This document shows positions 9,121 to 17,335 of a stretch of DNA of 32,000 bases, piece after piece. The stretch's first letter is position 1. Every line of letters starts with the position of its first letter. Location: assembly GCF_014280175.1 (NCBI RefSeq), contig NZ_CP047931.1, forward strand, positions 1,050,001 to 1,082,000. The letters run 5' to 3'. This stretch comes from Synechococcus sp. A15-28 (GTDB lineage: Bacteria; Cyanobacteriota; Cyanobacteriia; PCC-6307; Cyanobiaceae). Below the pieces are notes generated by a model. The model saw nothing but the letters and a program-made list of their open reading frames with translations, did no database searches and was not told where the DNA came from. The translations under genes and the position numbers were made by a program.

Positions 9121-12100
9121 TCACACCCGCAGCACCGCCTCGTTCTGCTGTCCCTGTTCCTCCACCCGCTGCGCTTCGGTCTTGCCGTCGGCATCAGGGA
9201 TCTGCGCCGCCATCAATCGCAGCCACTCCATCAGCTGCTCGAGTTGCTTCTCCATGGGCAGAACCCCAAGGCCCCGTGCCAGCACCTTGTGCTGAAGCGC
9301 TTTTCCGCTCTGGTACACCAATCGACCATGCAGGTGCTGAGGTAGCCCCTGCCGCAGCAGACGGAAGGCGGGCTCCTCCATCGGTGTCTCCAGAACGATG
9401 TTCGGTTTCTCCGGTTTGATGCGGGAGATCCCGCACCGTCTGGCCAGCAATTTCAACTCCATCAACTGCAACAGGGATTGCACCGCCGCCGGCAGTGCCC
9501 CGTAACGATCCGCCCAACCGGCGGCCAGCTCCACCAATGCCTCGCCGGAGCGACAGTCGGCCGCAGCGCGATAGGCGGCGATCTTCTCGTCGGGATCGGT
9601 GATCCAGTCGGCCGGCACAAATGCTGTGACGGGAAGATCCACCTGGGTGTCGTCGACGCTGGGGATGTCCTGGCCCTGAATCTCCGCCAGTGATTCCTGC
9701 AGCATTTCCATATAGAGGTCAAAGCCGATGGTCCCCATCTGGCCGCTCTGTTCCACCCCCAGAAGGTTGCCGACGCCGCGGATCTCCATGTCGCGCATGG
9801 CCAGCTGATAGCCACTGCCCAGCTGCGCGAACTCCTGAATGGCCCGCAGGCGTTGGCGTGCGTTGTCACTCAGCGAACCATTGCCGGGATAGAACAACCA
9901 GGCGTGAGCCTGAATGCCGCTTCGGCCCACCCGACCCCGCAGCTGGTAAAGCTGGGCCAGTCCGAAACGGTGGGCATCCTCGATCAGAATCGTATTCACC
10001 CGTGGGATGTCGAGGCCGCTTTCGACGATGGTGGTGCAAAGCATCACATCGGCTTCCCCGGCGTTGAAGGCCACCATGGCGCTCTCCAGTTCGCCTTCCG
10101 CCATCTGGCCGTGGGCCACCAGCAGTTTCAGGCCGGGCAGCATCTCCCGCAGTCCCGCAGCCACATCCTCGATGCCCTCCACCCTCGGCACCACATAGAA
10201 CACCTGTCCCCCACGGTCCAGCTCCTGGCGGATGGCGCTGCGCACCGTTTCCGGATCAAGGGCTGCCAGATGGGTTTTGATCGGACGACGCAGCGGCGGT
10301 GGAGTGGTGATCAGGCTCATCTCCCGCACGCCGGACAAGCTCATGTACAGCGTTCTGGGGATCGGCGTCGCCGAAAGGGTGAGGACGTCGACGTCCTTTC
10401 GCAGCACCTTGATCTTCTCCTTCTGATTGACGCCGAAGCGCTGTTCTTCGTCGACCACCAGCAAGCCGAGTTGCTGGAACGAGGCTCCCTTGCCGAGCAG
10501 CTGATGGGTGCCGACCACCGCATCGATGGTGCCCCCCTTGAGGCCCTCCAGGATCGTCTTCCGCTCTGATGCCGTGCGAAAGCGATTCAACAGCGCCACC
10601 TTGATCGGGTAAGGGGCAAACCGTTCGGAGAGTGTTCGCCAGTGCTGCTGGGCCAGCACGGTGGTGGGGGCCAGCATGGCCACCTGTTTCCCCGCTGTGA
10701 TCGCTTTGAAGATGGCGCGAATGGCCACTTCCGTCTTGCCGAAGCCGACATCTCCGCAGACCAGACGGTCCATTGGCTCGGCTTTTTCCATGTCGCCCTT
10801 CACATCGGCGGTGGCCTTCAGCTGATCCGGGGTCGGTTCGTAGGGGAACGACTCCTCCAGTTCGTTCTGCCAGGGACCATCACAGGGGAAGGCGAAGCCA
10901 TCGGCCTGCTGGCGCTCCGCATAGAGCTTCACAAGGTCCATCGCCACCTTGCGGACCGCTTTCTTGGCCCGTTCCTTGGCTTTGGTCCAGGCGGCGCTGC
11001 CCATCTTGCTCAGCTGAGGTGGGGTCTCGCTGGTGGCTCGGTAACGGCCGAGGCTTCCCAGCTGGTCTGCAGCAACCCGGAGGATTCCATCGGCGTACTG
11101 CACCACGAGGTAATCGCGCACGTCGCCTGACACCGCCAGCTTCTCCATCGCTTTGAAGCGACCGATGCCGTGGTTACGATGGACGACAAAGTCCCCGGGC
11201 CGCATCTTGTTGGGATCCACCGTGCGGCTGGCCGCCTTGCGGCGGCGGCGCACGTAACCGCTGGACCCCAGGGTCTGCTGACCGAAGAACTCGCGGTCTG
11301 TGACCAGGGCCAGGCGCCAGGCCGGTAGTTGCAACCCCTCCAGTTCGGCGGTGCCGGACGATTTCAGCGCCACGGGCGTGTTCTGTTCGATCAACCGTCC
11401 AATCGCCGGTGCATCGCCTGGATTGGGAACAAAGCGCCCGATGCAGTCGTGTTCCTCCAGCAGAGCCACCGCCCGACTGGGTTGAGCGGAGATCAGCCAG
11501 ACAGCGGTTTTCTCCTTCTGGAAGCCCTTGATCAGACCACCAAGCTTCCCGAACTGATTCGGATACGCCGGCATCGGACGACTGGCCAGATCAAAACTGT
11601 TGGGGTGGCCGTCCTCCTCGAGCAGTTCTGCCATGTCAAAGCCATGCCAGGCCTCGGCCAGGCCATAGGCCTCCTCGATGCTGCGCTGCAGGACTGCTGG
11701 CCAGAGCGCATCCCGTTCCTCCTCCGAGAAGCCGAGCTCACTTGCCATGTCGCTGTGGTGCTCCACGGCGTGATCCAGCCACTGCTGCCCATGGGCCAGA
11801 CCATGGCGGCGCTCATCAACCACGACCGAGGTGGAGGTCGGGAGATAGTCGAGCAGGCAGGCCGGTTGGCCCCAAGCCAGACCCATCAGGCGACGAAGAC
11901 CTTCGGGGGTGCCTCCCTCAAGAAGCTCTTCAGTGGCTTCATCCCCCAGCAGCTGATCCAGCCCCTCCGGCATGGAGTCCCGCAGTTGATCGGCCACCAG
12001 CGGACCGAATCCCGTGGGGGTGAGCTGCAGGCGCTCCACGGGATCTAGCGAGCGCTGGGTTGCCGGGTCAAATTCCCTGAGTTTGTCCAGCTCTTCCCCG

Positions 12101-12699
12101 AAGAACTCCAGGCGCACCGGCAGTTCACTGCTCACCGGGTAGATGTCGACGATGTCGCCGCGTCGGCTCCACGTCCCTTCCTGGTCGATGGTGGACACCC
12201 GTTCGTAACCGAGGCGAGCCAGGGTGTCCGCCAGGTCGTCCAGGTCAATCTCATCGCCTTTTTTCAGGGTGCGACAGATGGCCTCGAGGGATTCCCTCGG
12301 CGGCAGGTGCGGTTGCAGGCAACGCTCAGTGGCCACGATGGCTTTCGTCGCCGGATCCTCGGTACCGATCAGGTCACTTAAAACCTGCAGCTGTCCCCAG
12401 ATGATTTCGCTGGTGGGATCGAACGGTTCGTAGGGCGATCCCTCGCTGGTGGGATAGAGGCTGGCGCTGCTCCACCCCATCAGTTCCAGCAGAGCCGTCC
12501 AGCGACCGGCTTCCTCAAGGGTGGGCACCACCACCAGCAACGGCCTCTTATCCCGTTGTGCAAGGGCGCTCGCGAGCAGCGCACGGCTTATCCGACCGGC
12601 ACCCCGCAACAGCAGACGATCATCACGTTCGCTGCGCTGCAGCAGTTCGCCAGTGAGGGCTGCATCACGCAGCTGGGTCACCAGGGAACGCAGGGGCAT
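9121..12699 (-). CDS. mfd: transcription-repair coupling factor Mfd
   Basis: 1192 aa ORF: UvrB-like N-terminal domain, CarD/RID domain (LRPGDFVVHRNHGIGRF), Walker A VGFGKTEVAIRA, DEEQRFG, TATPIPRTLYMSLSGVREMSLI, QLRGRVGRSG and a TRCF C-terminal domain. Confidence 0.98.
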   Translation of the reverse strand: MPLRSLVTQLRDAALTGELLQRSERDDRLLLRGAGRISRALLASALAQRDKRPLLVVVPTLEEAGRWTALLELMGWSSASLYPTSEGSPYEPFDPTSEIIWGQLQVLSDLIGTEDPATKAIVATERCLQPHLPPRESLEAICRTLKKGDEIDLDDLADTLARLGYERVSTIDQEGTWSRRGDIVDIYPVSSELPVRLEFFGEELDKLREFDPATQRSLDPVERLQLTPTGFGPLVADQLRDSMPEGLDQLLGDEATEELLEGGTPEGLRRLMGLAWGQPACLLDYLPTSTSVVVDERRHGLAHGQQWLDHAVEHHSDMASELGFSEEERDALWPAVLQRSIEEAYGLAEAWHGFDMAELLEEDGHPNSFDLASRPMPAYPNQFGKLGGLIKGFQKEKTAVWLISAQPSRAVALLEEHDCIGRFVPNPGDAPAIGRLIEQNTPVALKSSGTAELEGLQLPAWRLALVTDREFFGQQTLGSSGYVRRRRKAASRTVDPNKMRPGDFVVHRNHGIGRFKAMEKLAVSGDVRDYLVVQYADGILRVAADQLGSLGRYRATSETPPQLSKMGSAAWTKAKERAKKAVRKVAMDLVKLYAERQQADGFAFPCDGPWQNELEESFPYEPTPDQLKATADVKGDMEKAEPMDRLVCGDVGFGKTEVAIRAIFKAITAGKQVAMLAPTTVLAQQHWRTLSERFAPYPIKVALLNRFRTASERKTILEGLKGGTIDAVVGTHQLLGKGASFQQLGLLVVDEEQRFGVNQKEKIKVLRKDVDVLTLSATPIPRTLYMSLSGVREMSLITTPPPLRRPIKTHLAALDPETVRSAIRQELDRGGQVFYVVPRVEGIEDVAAGLREMLPGLKLLVAHGQMAEGELESAMVAFNAGEADVMLCTTIVESGLDIPRVNTILIEDAHRFGLAQLYQLRGRVGRSGIQAHAWLFYPGNGSLSDNARQRLRAIQEFAQLGSGYQLAMRDMEIRGVGNLLGVEQSGQMGTIGFDLYMEMLQESLAEIQGQDIPSVDDTQVDLPVTAFVPADWITDPDEKIAAYRAAADCRSGEALVELAAGWADRYGALPAAVQSLLQLMELKLLARRCGISRIKPEKPNIVLETPMEEPAFRLLRQGLPQHLHGRLVYQSGKALQHKVLARGLGVLPMEKQLEQLMEWLRLMAAQIPDADGKTEAQRVEEQGQQNEAVLRV

Positions 12700-12761
12700 G
12701 GTGCTGTTCGGTCGGCAATCGCTGATCTTCGCAATAGGCTGCGACCGACCGCGTCAGGACC

Positions 12762-12998
12762 TTGCCGCGCTACCGCTGTCCATCCTGTTGTTGCGGTCCG
12801 GCCGTGGTGTTGAAGCCCCCTCGGGGTGCAGTGCCGCTTTGTTTTCGTTGTGGTGAGCCGCTGGAGAGGCAGCCGCTGGTGCGTCCCCTTCCTCTGGTGG
12901 TGTTTCTGGCCGTGGGCAGTGTTCTGGTGTTGTCCTCCATCCCCTTGATTCAGAACCCCACACCTCCACGACCGATCGATCGCGGCCGAAGCGCCTGA
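12762..12998 (+). CDS. small zinc-ribbon-like, single-TM hypothetical protein (78 aa)
   Basis: MPRYRCPSCCCGPAVVLKPPRGAVPLCFRCGEPLERQPLVRPLPLVVFLAVGSVLVLSSIPLIQ: paired CPSC and CFRC knuckles followed by one hydrophobic segment. Confidence 0.68.
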   Translation: MPRYRCPSCCCGPAVVLKPPRGAVPLCFRCGEPLERQPLVRPLPLVVFLAVGSVLVLSSIPLIQNPTPPRPIDRGRSA

Positions 12999-13041
12999 TC
13001 AGGATTGACGGCTCAGAATGGGGAGGTCTCGGATTTCTCTG

Positions 13042-13911
13042 ATGGGTACGGCACCTCAGGCACTGCTCTTGTCGACCATTGCCACTGATGCGAACGACTG
13101 GCATATCGGTCGGTTCAGCCTCTTGGGCACCATGATCCGCACCGCCGGAGAGGAGATGGATCCGTCCTTCAACCTCACCATCAGCGACTACCCCACCAGC
13201 GACGCCGAGCGGAAGCTCTTGCAAGACAACCTGTCATCCGGCCGGTACGGACAGATCTGGTTGATCGCTCCCGATCTGGACAACGGGCCTGACGCTGGCT
13301 TCTTCCGGGCTCTGGAAGCGGCGGTGAAAGGGGGCACGGATCTTGTCATAGCCCGCGATCACACCGATCTGGGCTGCTGTCTGCTTGAGCTGAAGGACTG
13401 TCTCGATGATGTGGGTCAGACCCAGACGTTTCAACGCACCTGGACCGATCTGCCCAAGGATCGGGAGTATGCCGACCCAGCCTGTGCCGCGATCGTGACC
13501 CCTTGTGTTGTCACAGGGCAGAACGGTGGTGTTCAAATCTGCCGTCAGCGGGCTGAACACCCCCTGCTCAACTTTGCGTCGATGATTCCAGGGCACCTTG
13601 TGATTCCAGCCCACCCCCATGAGGGCGTGATCCGAAAGGTGGCAGCGTCTCAGACTGTTCTTCTCTCAAGCTTCTCCATCACCAGCGGACGCGAGCAGAC
13701 CACGGCGATCGTGGATGAAGCGGAGGGCCGTGGGATGGTGCTTCATCACTCCACGTTCCATCACTTCGCGGATTACAACCTGGATGTTGCTAAGGGAGCC
13801 CCGGATTTTGTGCTCGATCCCCCGTCAACACAGACCGCCGAGTCACCGGCTTTGTTGAACGACATCAAGGACTATGTGCGATCTGTTGTGCGCTACGCAC
13901 AAACAAATTAG
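13042..13911 (+). CDS. uncharacterised protein (~290 aa), function unknown
   Basis: Long coding-like ORF (track start 13018, alternative Met at 13042), with no opposing candidate of comparable quality. C-terminal motif block LLSSFSITSGREQTTAIVDEAEGRGMVLHHSTFHHFADYNLD. Confidence 0.85.
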   Translation: MGTAPQALLLSTIATDANDWHIGRFSLLGTMIRTAGEEMDPSFNLTISDYPTSDAERKLLQDNLSSGRYGQIWLIAPDLDNGPDAGFFRALEAAVKGGTDLVIARDHTDLGCCLLELKDCLDDVGQTQTFQRTWTDLPKDREYADPACAAIVTPCVVTGQNGGVQICRQRAEHPLLNFASMIPGHLVIPAHPHEGVIRKVAASQTVLLSSFSITSGREQTTAIVDEAEGRGMVLHHSTFHHFADYNLDVAKGAPDFVLDPPSTQTAESPALLNDIKDYVRSVVRYAQTN

Positions 13912-14047
13912 GAAAATAATTCAGATGAGCATAATTGAGTAATTCAAATTTTCGAAATGAGTAAGAGTGATTTTGGGGTACGACGTGCAGATATTGTTTT
14001 CATTGGCAAGGCTAAAGCCTTTGAGCCTGCGGGTTGCTAATTATATG

Positions 14048-14611
14048 CTATCGATAGTCGTTATTGCGGTAAATGGAGACTCTTAATGTTGGACCATCGC
14101 TGGCGATTGGATCGTTCCCCTCAGGTATAAAGGTTGTTGACCACTGGTAAATGTCTGCGTCGGGATTGAAGCTGCGGAACACGATATTCACCTGCTGGCC
14201 GGGCTCAATTGCTGGATTAAAGCGAATGCTTAGCTCATCACCGCCTTCTGAGATTGTGGCTTCGGCAAGGCCTGGTTCACCACGGCGTCGGAGGCCGTAG
14301 TCACCGAGATAGACCATGGGGTTTCTGCGGCCCCAGGTCCATTGGTCGAGATTGGTCTGTTGAGAGAGAACCACGCGTTCCAGTTCAGCTCCAGCATTCG
14401 CTGGAACATGAATACTGATCGTGGTTCGATTGCGCTGCCCCTCTGTGGCAGAGGGATTGTGAATGCTCGCCTCCGTTGGAGGACTGCGGAAAAAGGTCTG
14501 TGCAGACGCCATTCCGCTGAAGATCAGAGCACTCAATCCACTGAACAGAGCGAAACTGAGTCTGGTCATGGCCATGGATAGCAAGGAGAGCATTGTGCTG
14601 GGCGACTTCAC
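14048..14611 (-). CDS. DUF2808 domain-containing, probably exported protein
   Basis: N-terminal signal peptide (LSFALFSGLSALIFSGMASAQ), then TTISIHVPANAGAELERVVLSQ and FNPAIEPGQQVNIVFRSFNPDADIYQWSTTFIPEG, consistent with cyanobacterial DUF2808 proteins. Confidence 0.8.
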   Translation of the reverse strand: MKSPSTMLSLLSMAMTRLSFALFSGLSALIFSGMASAQTFFRSPPTEASIHNPSATEGQRNRTTISIHVPANAGAELERVVLSQQTNLDQWTWGRRNPMVYLGDYGLRRRGEPGLAEATISEGGDELSIRFNPAIEPGQQVNIVFRSFNPDADIYQWSTTFIPEGNDPIASDGPTLRVSIYRNNDYR

Positions 14612-14615
14612 AGCA

Positions 14616-15362
14616 TCAAGAGGTCTTGAGTGCCTGCTCCTCCAGCAGCATGTTGAACTGCAGAAGCTGTTCGTCGGTGAGCTGCTGTCGGCTGCTGGCC
14701 TGCAGCTGCTCCTGCAGAAATGCTCGTGCCTGCTCGGCCTTCCAGCCCAGTTTTTTCAGCATCTGATCACCTTGGCTGATCAGATCACTGCGGCGAATCG
14801 GTATGTGGGCCTGATCCGGTTGCTCCTGGGGTTGCAGTTGACGCAGTTGGCGCAGGTAAGCCACCAGATCGGCATAGCGGGTCAGTCGATGGCGACTGGC
14901 ATGGCCGAAGGCCCGTTCTAAGTAGATGCGTTCCTGGTCCCGCCCCCAGCCGATACGCTTCAGCTCCAGATCAATGGCGGTCAATTCCTCGCTCCAGTCC
15001 TCAGGATCCGTCGGGGTTTCCGAAGGGGGATCCAGCGCGGGTGTGATCGGTTGTTTCTCGGAGGCTGAGGACTGCTCCACGGCGACCGGCTGCGCTGTCG
15101 CGACCGATTTCCTGAGGGGTGCAGGTTGAGGACTGGGTTCCGAAACTCTTGGCTGGGGCGGCATGGGCGCTGGGGCCTCCCGCGTGATGGCATCACCTCC
15201 CGCCAGCCTCTCCTGCAGTCGCTGCCGGGCGCGGTCTTCGGCCTCTTCCGCGCTGGCAGCCTCGCCGAGGCAGCTGGCGACGCAGAGCTCACCTTTCCAG
15301 GCTGCGGCCCGCACGATGCAGCGCAGGGTGTCGACATGACACAACTCGGCTCGTACCTGCAT
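14616..15362 (-). CDS. conserved hypothetical protein with Pro/Gln-rich linker and duplicated C-terminal helical motif
   Basis: 248 aa ORF. A structured N-terminus with MQVRAELCHVDTLRCIVRAAAWKGELCVASCLGEAASAEEAEDRARQRL, a linker, then two similar ~45 aa units. Confidence 0.8.
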   Translation of the reverse strand: MQVRAELCHVDTLRCIVRAAAWKGELCVASCLGEAASAEEAEDRARQRLQERLAGGDAITREAPAPMPPQPRVSEPSPQPAPLRKSVATAQPVAVEQSSASEKQPITPALDPPSETPTDPEDWSEELTAIDLELKRIGWGRDQERIYLERAFGHASRHRLTRYADLVAYLRQLRQLQPQEQPDQAHIPIRRSDLISQGDQMLKKLGWKAEQARAFLQEQLQASSRQQLTDEQLLQFNMLLEEQALKTS

Positions 15363-15399
15363 CCGTCTGGATCCAATGCGCTCTTTCTAGGCTGCCGGG

Positions 15400-16128
15400 A
15401 TGGACATCACGGCTCTTCCCTCACTCTCTGACGTTTTCGAGGGTGCAGATCAATGGGGGGAGGTGTTGGCACTGTTGCCGGTGCTGGTGATGTTGGAGCT
15501 GATTCTGTCGGCTGACAATGCTGTTGCCCTGGCAGCGATTGCCCGGACCAGCCGCAGTCCCGAACAGGAGCGACTGGCTCTGAACATCGGCATCGGTCTT
15601 GCCATGCTGCTTCGTGTTGGCCTGATTGCCCTGGCGCAGTGGGTGTTGCAGAGCCCATGGGTTCAACTGCTGGCTGCTGCCTATCTGTTCTGGCTGTTCA
15701 TCACGCATCTGCGTTACTCCTCCCACGACAACTCGGATGAGGCCACGGCTCAGGCTGGTTCGTCGCAGCCCAGAAGTTTGCTGAACACCGTCTTGCTGCT
15801 GGGGTTCACCGATCTCGCCTTCTCGATCGACAGCGTTGCGGCGGCTGTGGCGGTGAGTGATCAGATCCTTCTGATCAGCGCGGGAGCGGTGATCGGCATC
15901 ATTGCCCTCCGTTTCACGTCCGGATTGTTCATTCGCTGGCTCGACGAGTACGAACGACTCGAGACCGCCGGATTTCTGTCGGTTGCTTTTGTGGCCGTGC
16001 GCCTGCTGATCCACGTGCTCGTTCCACAGTTGAATCAACCGGATTGGTTGACCCTGCTGGTGGTGTTCGTCTTGTTTGCCTGGGGATTTTCCGTGCGCTC
16101 CCCGATGGAGACCGATCGTGCTGGTTGA
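15400..16128 (+). CDS. TerC family integral membrane protein
   Basis: VLVMLELILSADNAVALAAIA and LGFTDLAFSIDSVAAAVAVSDQILLISAGAVIGIIALRF, the typical TerC paired acidic transmembrane motifs. Confidence 0.93.
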   Translation: MDITALPSLSDVFEGADQWGEVLALLPVLVMLELILSADNAVALAAIARTSRSPEQERLALNIGIGLAMLLRVGLIALAQWVLQSPWVQLLAAAYLFWLFITHLRYSSHDNSDEATAQAGSSQPRSLLNTVLLLGFTDLAFSIDSVAAAVAVSDQILLISAGAVIGIIALRFTSGLFIRWLDEYERLETAGFLSVAFVAVRLLIHVLVPQLNQPDWLTLLVVFVLFAWGFSVRSPMETDRAG

Positions 16129-16456
16129 GCTGCGCCAGGCCGGTAGCGAGGCTCTGCTCGATCGATTGGATCTGGAGAATGCCCCGCAGCCGGGACGTTG
16201 GCTGGAGCTGGAGGACAAGAGCTTCCTGGTGCTGCAGCGGCGCCACCGCTACACCTTGCGCAACGGTCGCTACGAAATCGCTTCGGTGGCCCTGTTGGTC
16301 AAACCCCAGATCAAGCCAGCCGATGCTCAACGATGGCGCGATGGTTGGATGATCGGTGACCCCGACTGTCGCTTCAATGCCCGCAGTCCTCTGCTGCGTT
16401 GTGCCGTCTGGCCTGAGGGACCCTGCGATGCCTGCACGCACCGTGAGCTGCGATGA
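16118..16456 (+). CDS. conserved hypothetical protein, possibly DUF6464-like
   Basis: GTG start at 16118 overlaps the TerC stop. Protein VLVELRQAGSEALLDRLDLENAPQPGRWLELEDKSFLVLQRRHRYTLRNGRYEIASVALLVKPQ ... CDACTHREL. The family name is from memory of cyanobacterial annotation, not a search. Confidence 0.72.
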   Translation: MLVELRQAGSEALLDRLDLENAPQPGRWLELEDKSFLVLQRRHRYTLRNGRYEIASVALLVKPQIKPADAQRWRDGWMIGDPDCRFNARSPLLRCAVWPEGPCDACTHRELR

Positions 16457-17106
16457 CCCGGGACGGATGGATCCGCACCACAGTGGTGCCTGGCCATGGG
16501 GTGGCATCCGGCAGAAGCGCCTCATCGCCCTATCCAGAGGGAACAATTGCCATGCAGCGGCCGTTGTTTGCACAACGTGGGCTGGATCTGTCTGATTGCT
16601 GGCCTGGAACCCTGAACCTCAGCGTTGCCCCACTGGAACTTCGGCTCCGTGATCCCGACCACACCTTTCCCCTCCTCCACTGGACTGACCTGCACCCTGC
16701 GGAAACCTTCTCCTTCTGGCGCATCACCATCTATTCAGACCTTCATGGTGAGGTGCTGGCCTGGATTTACTACCCCCATTCTGAGACGAAGGAACGTCAC
16801 CACCAGCCGCGTTCCGTGGTGGAGGTTTTGGCACCAAGGATGAGGGGGGTCGGGGCGTGTGACGAGCTTCTGTTCAAGGACGCCAGGAACCGGATCAGCT
16901 GCGTGGATGGTGTACGGCTGAGAGCCCAGTTGCTTGAGTTTCTGAAGTTCCGGGTGCTCGCCGCTCAAGATGGTTTCTTTATTGAGTCCAGCCTTGCGGA
17001 ACGCCGGAGTTGGTTGCGTCAACACCACCCCCAGGCGCTGGGGTTGGACGATCCTTCCCTGCAAATAGTCTGGGATCGTGCCCTCGCGCTGTACACCGAG
17101 ACCTGA
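16453..17106 (+). CDS. conserved hypothetical protein
   Basis: ATGA overlap with the preceding gene. Coding-like protein; the true start may be the Met at 16552 (MQRPLFAQRGLDLSDCWPGTLNLSVAPLELRLRDPDHTFPLLHWTDLHPAETFSFWRITI). Confidence 0.75.
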   Translation: MTRDGWIRTTVVPGHGVASGRSASSPYPEGTIAMQRPLFAQRGLDLSDCWPGTLNLSVAPLELRLRDPDHTFPLLHWTDLHPAETFSFWRITIYSDLHGEVLAWIYYPHSETKERHHQPRSVVEVLAPRMRGVGACDELLFKDARNRISCVDGVRLRAQLLEFLKFRVLAAQDGFFIESSLAERRSWLRQHHPQALGLDDPSLQIVWDRALALYTET

Positions 17107-17166
17107 TTTCCTTCGGCGAATCGACGCCGGTCTTCTTAATATTTGTTTACAGGTGATGGTCTGAGG

Positions 17167-17331
17167 ATGGCTCCTGAAGATGCTTTCCAGCGCGAGGTGT
17201 TCCGCCGCGAGTTGGACGATGAATCCGATGCTTCCCGTTTGAGGGAGCTCGCGTTGGAGCTGTATGACCTCTGGCAGCGTCAACGTTCCGTCACCAATCA
17301 GTTGGTCCTGCAGGACATCCGACAATCCTGA
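17167..17331 (+). CDS. small helical hypothetical protein (54 aa)
   Basis: MAPEDAFQREVFRRELDDESDASRLRELALELYDLWQRQRSVTNQLVLQDIRQS (track ORF starts at 17143). Strongly charged amphipathic helix pattern. Confidence 0.6.
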   Translation: MAPEDAFQREVFRRELDDESDASRLRELALELYDLWQRQRSVTNQLVLQDIRQS

Positions 17332-17335
17332 TCTT

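Noticed and set aside
12754-13224. 156 aa minus-strand ORF opposite the zinc-ribbon gene and the start of the uncharacterised gene
   Set aside because: Low-complexity Arg/Pro/Glu-rich composition; the plus-strand frames have clearer protein character (Cys knuckles, TM segment, long ORF).
14048-14057. Perfect 10-bp palindrome CTATCGATAG
   Set aside because: It is formed by the last codons and stop of the DUF2808 gene; too short to call a regulatory site without conservation evidence.
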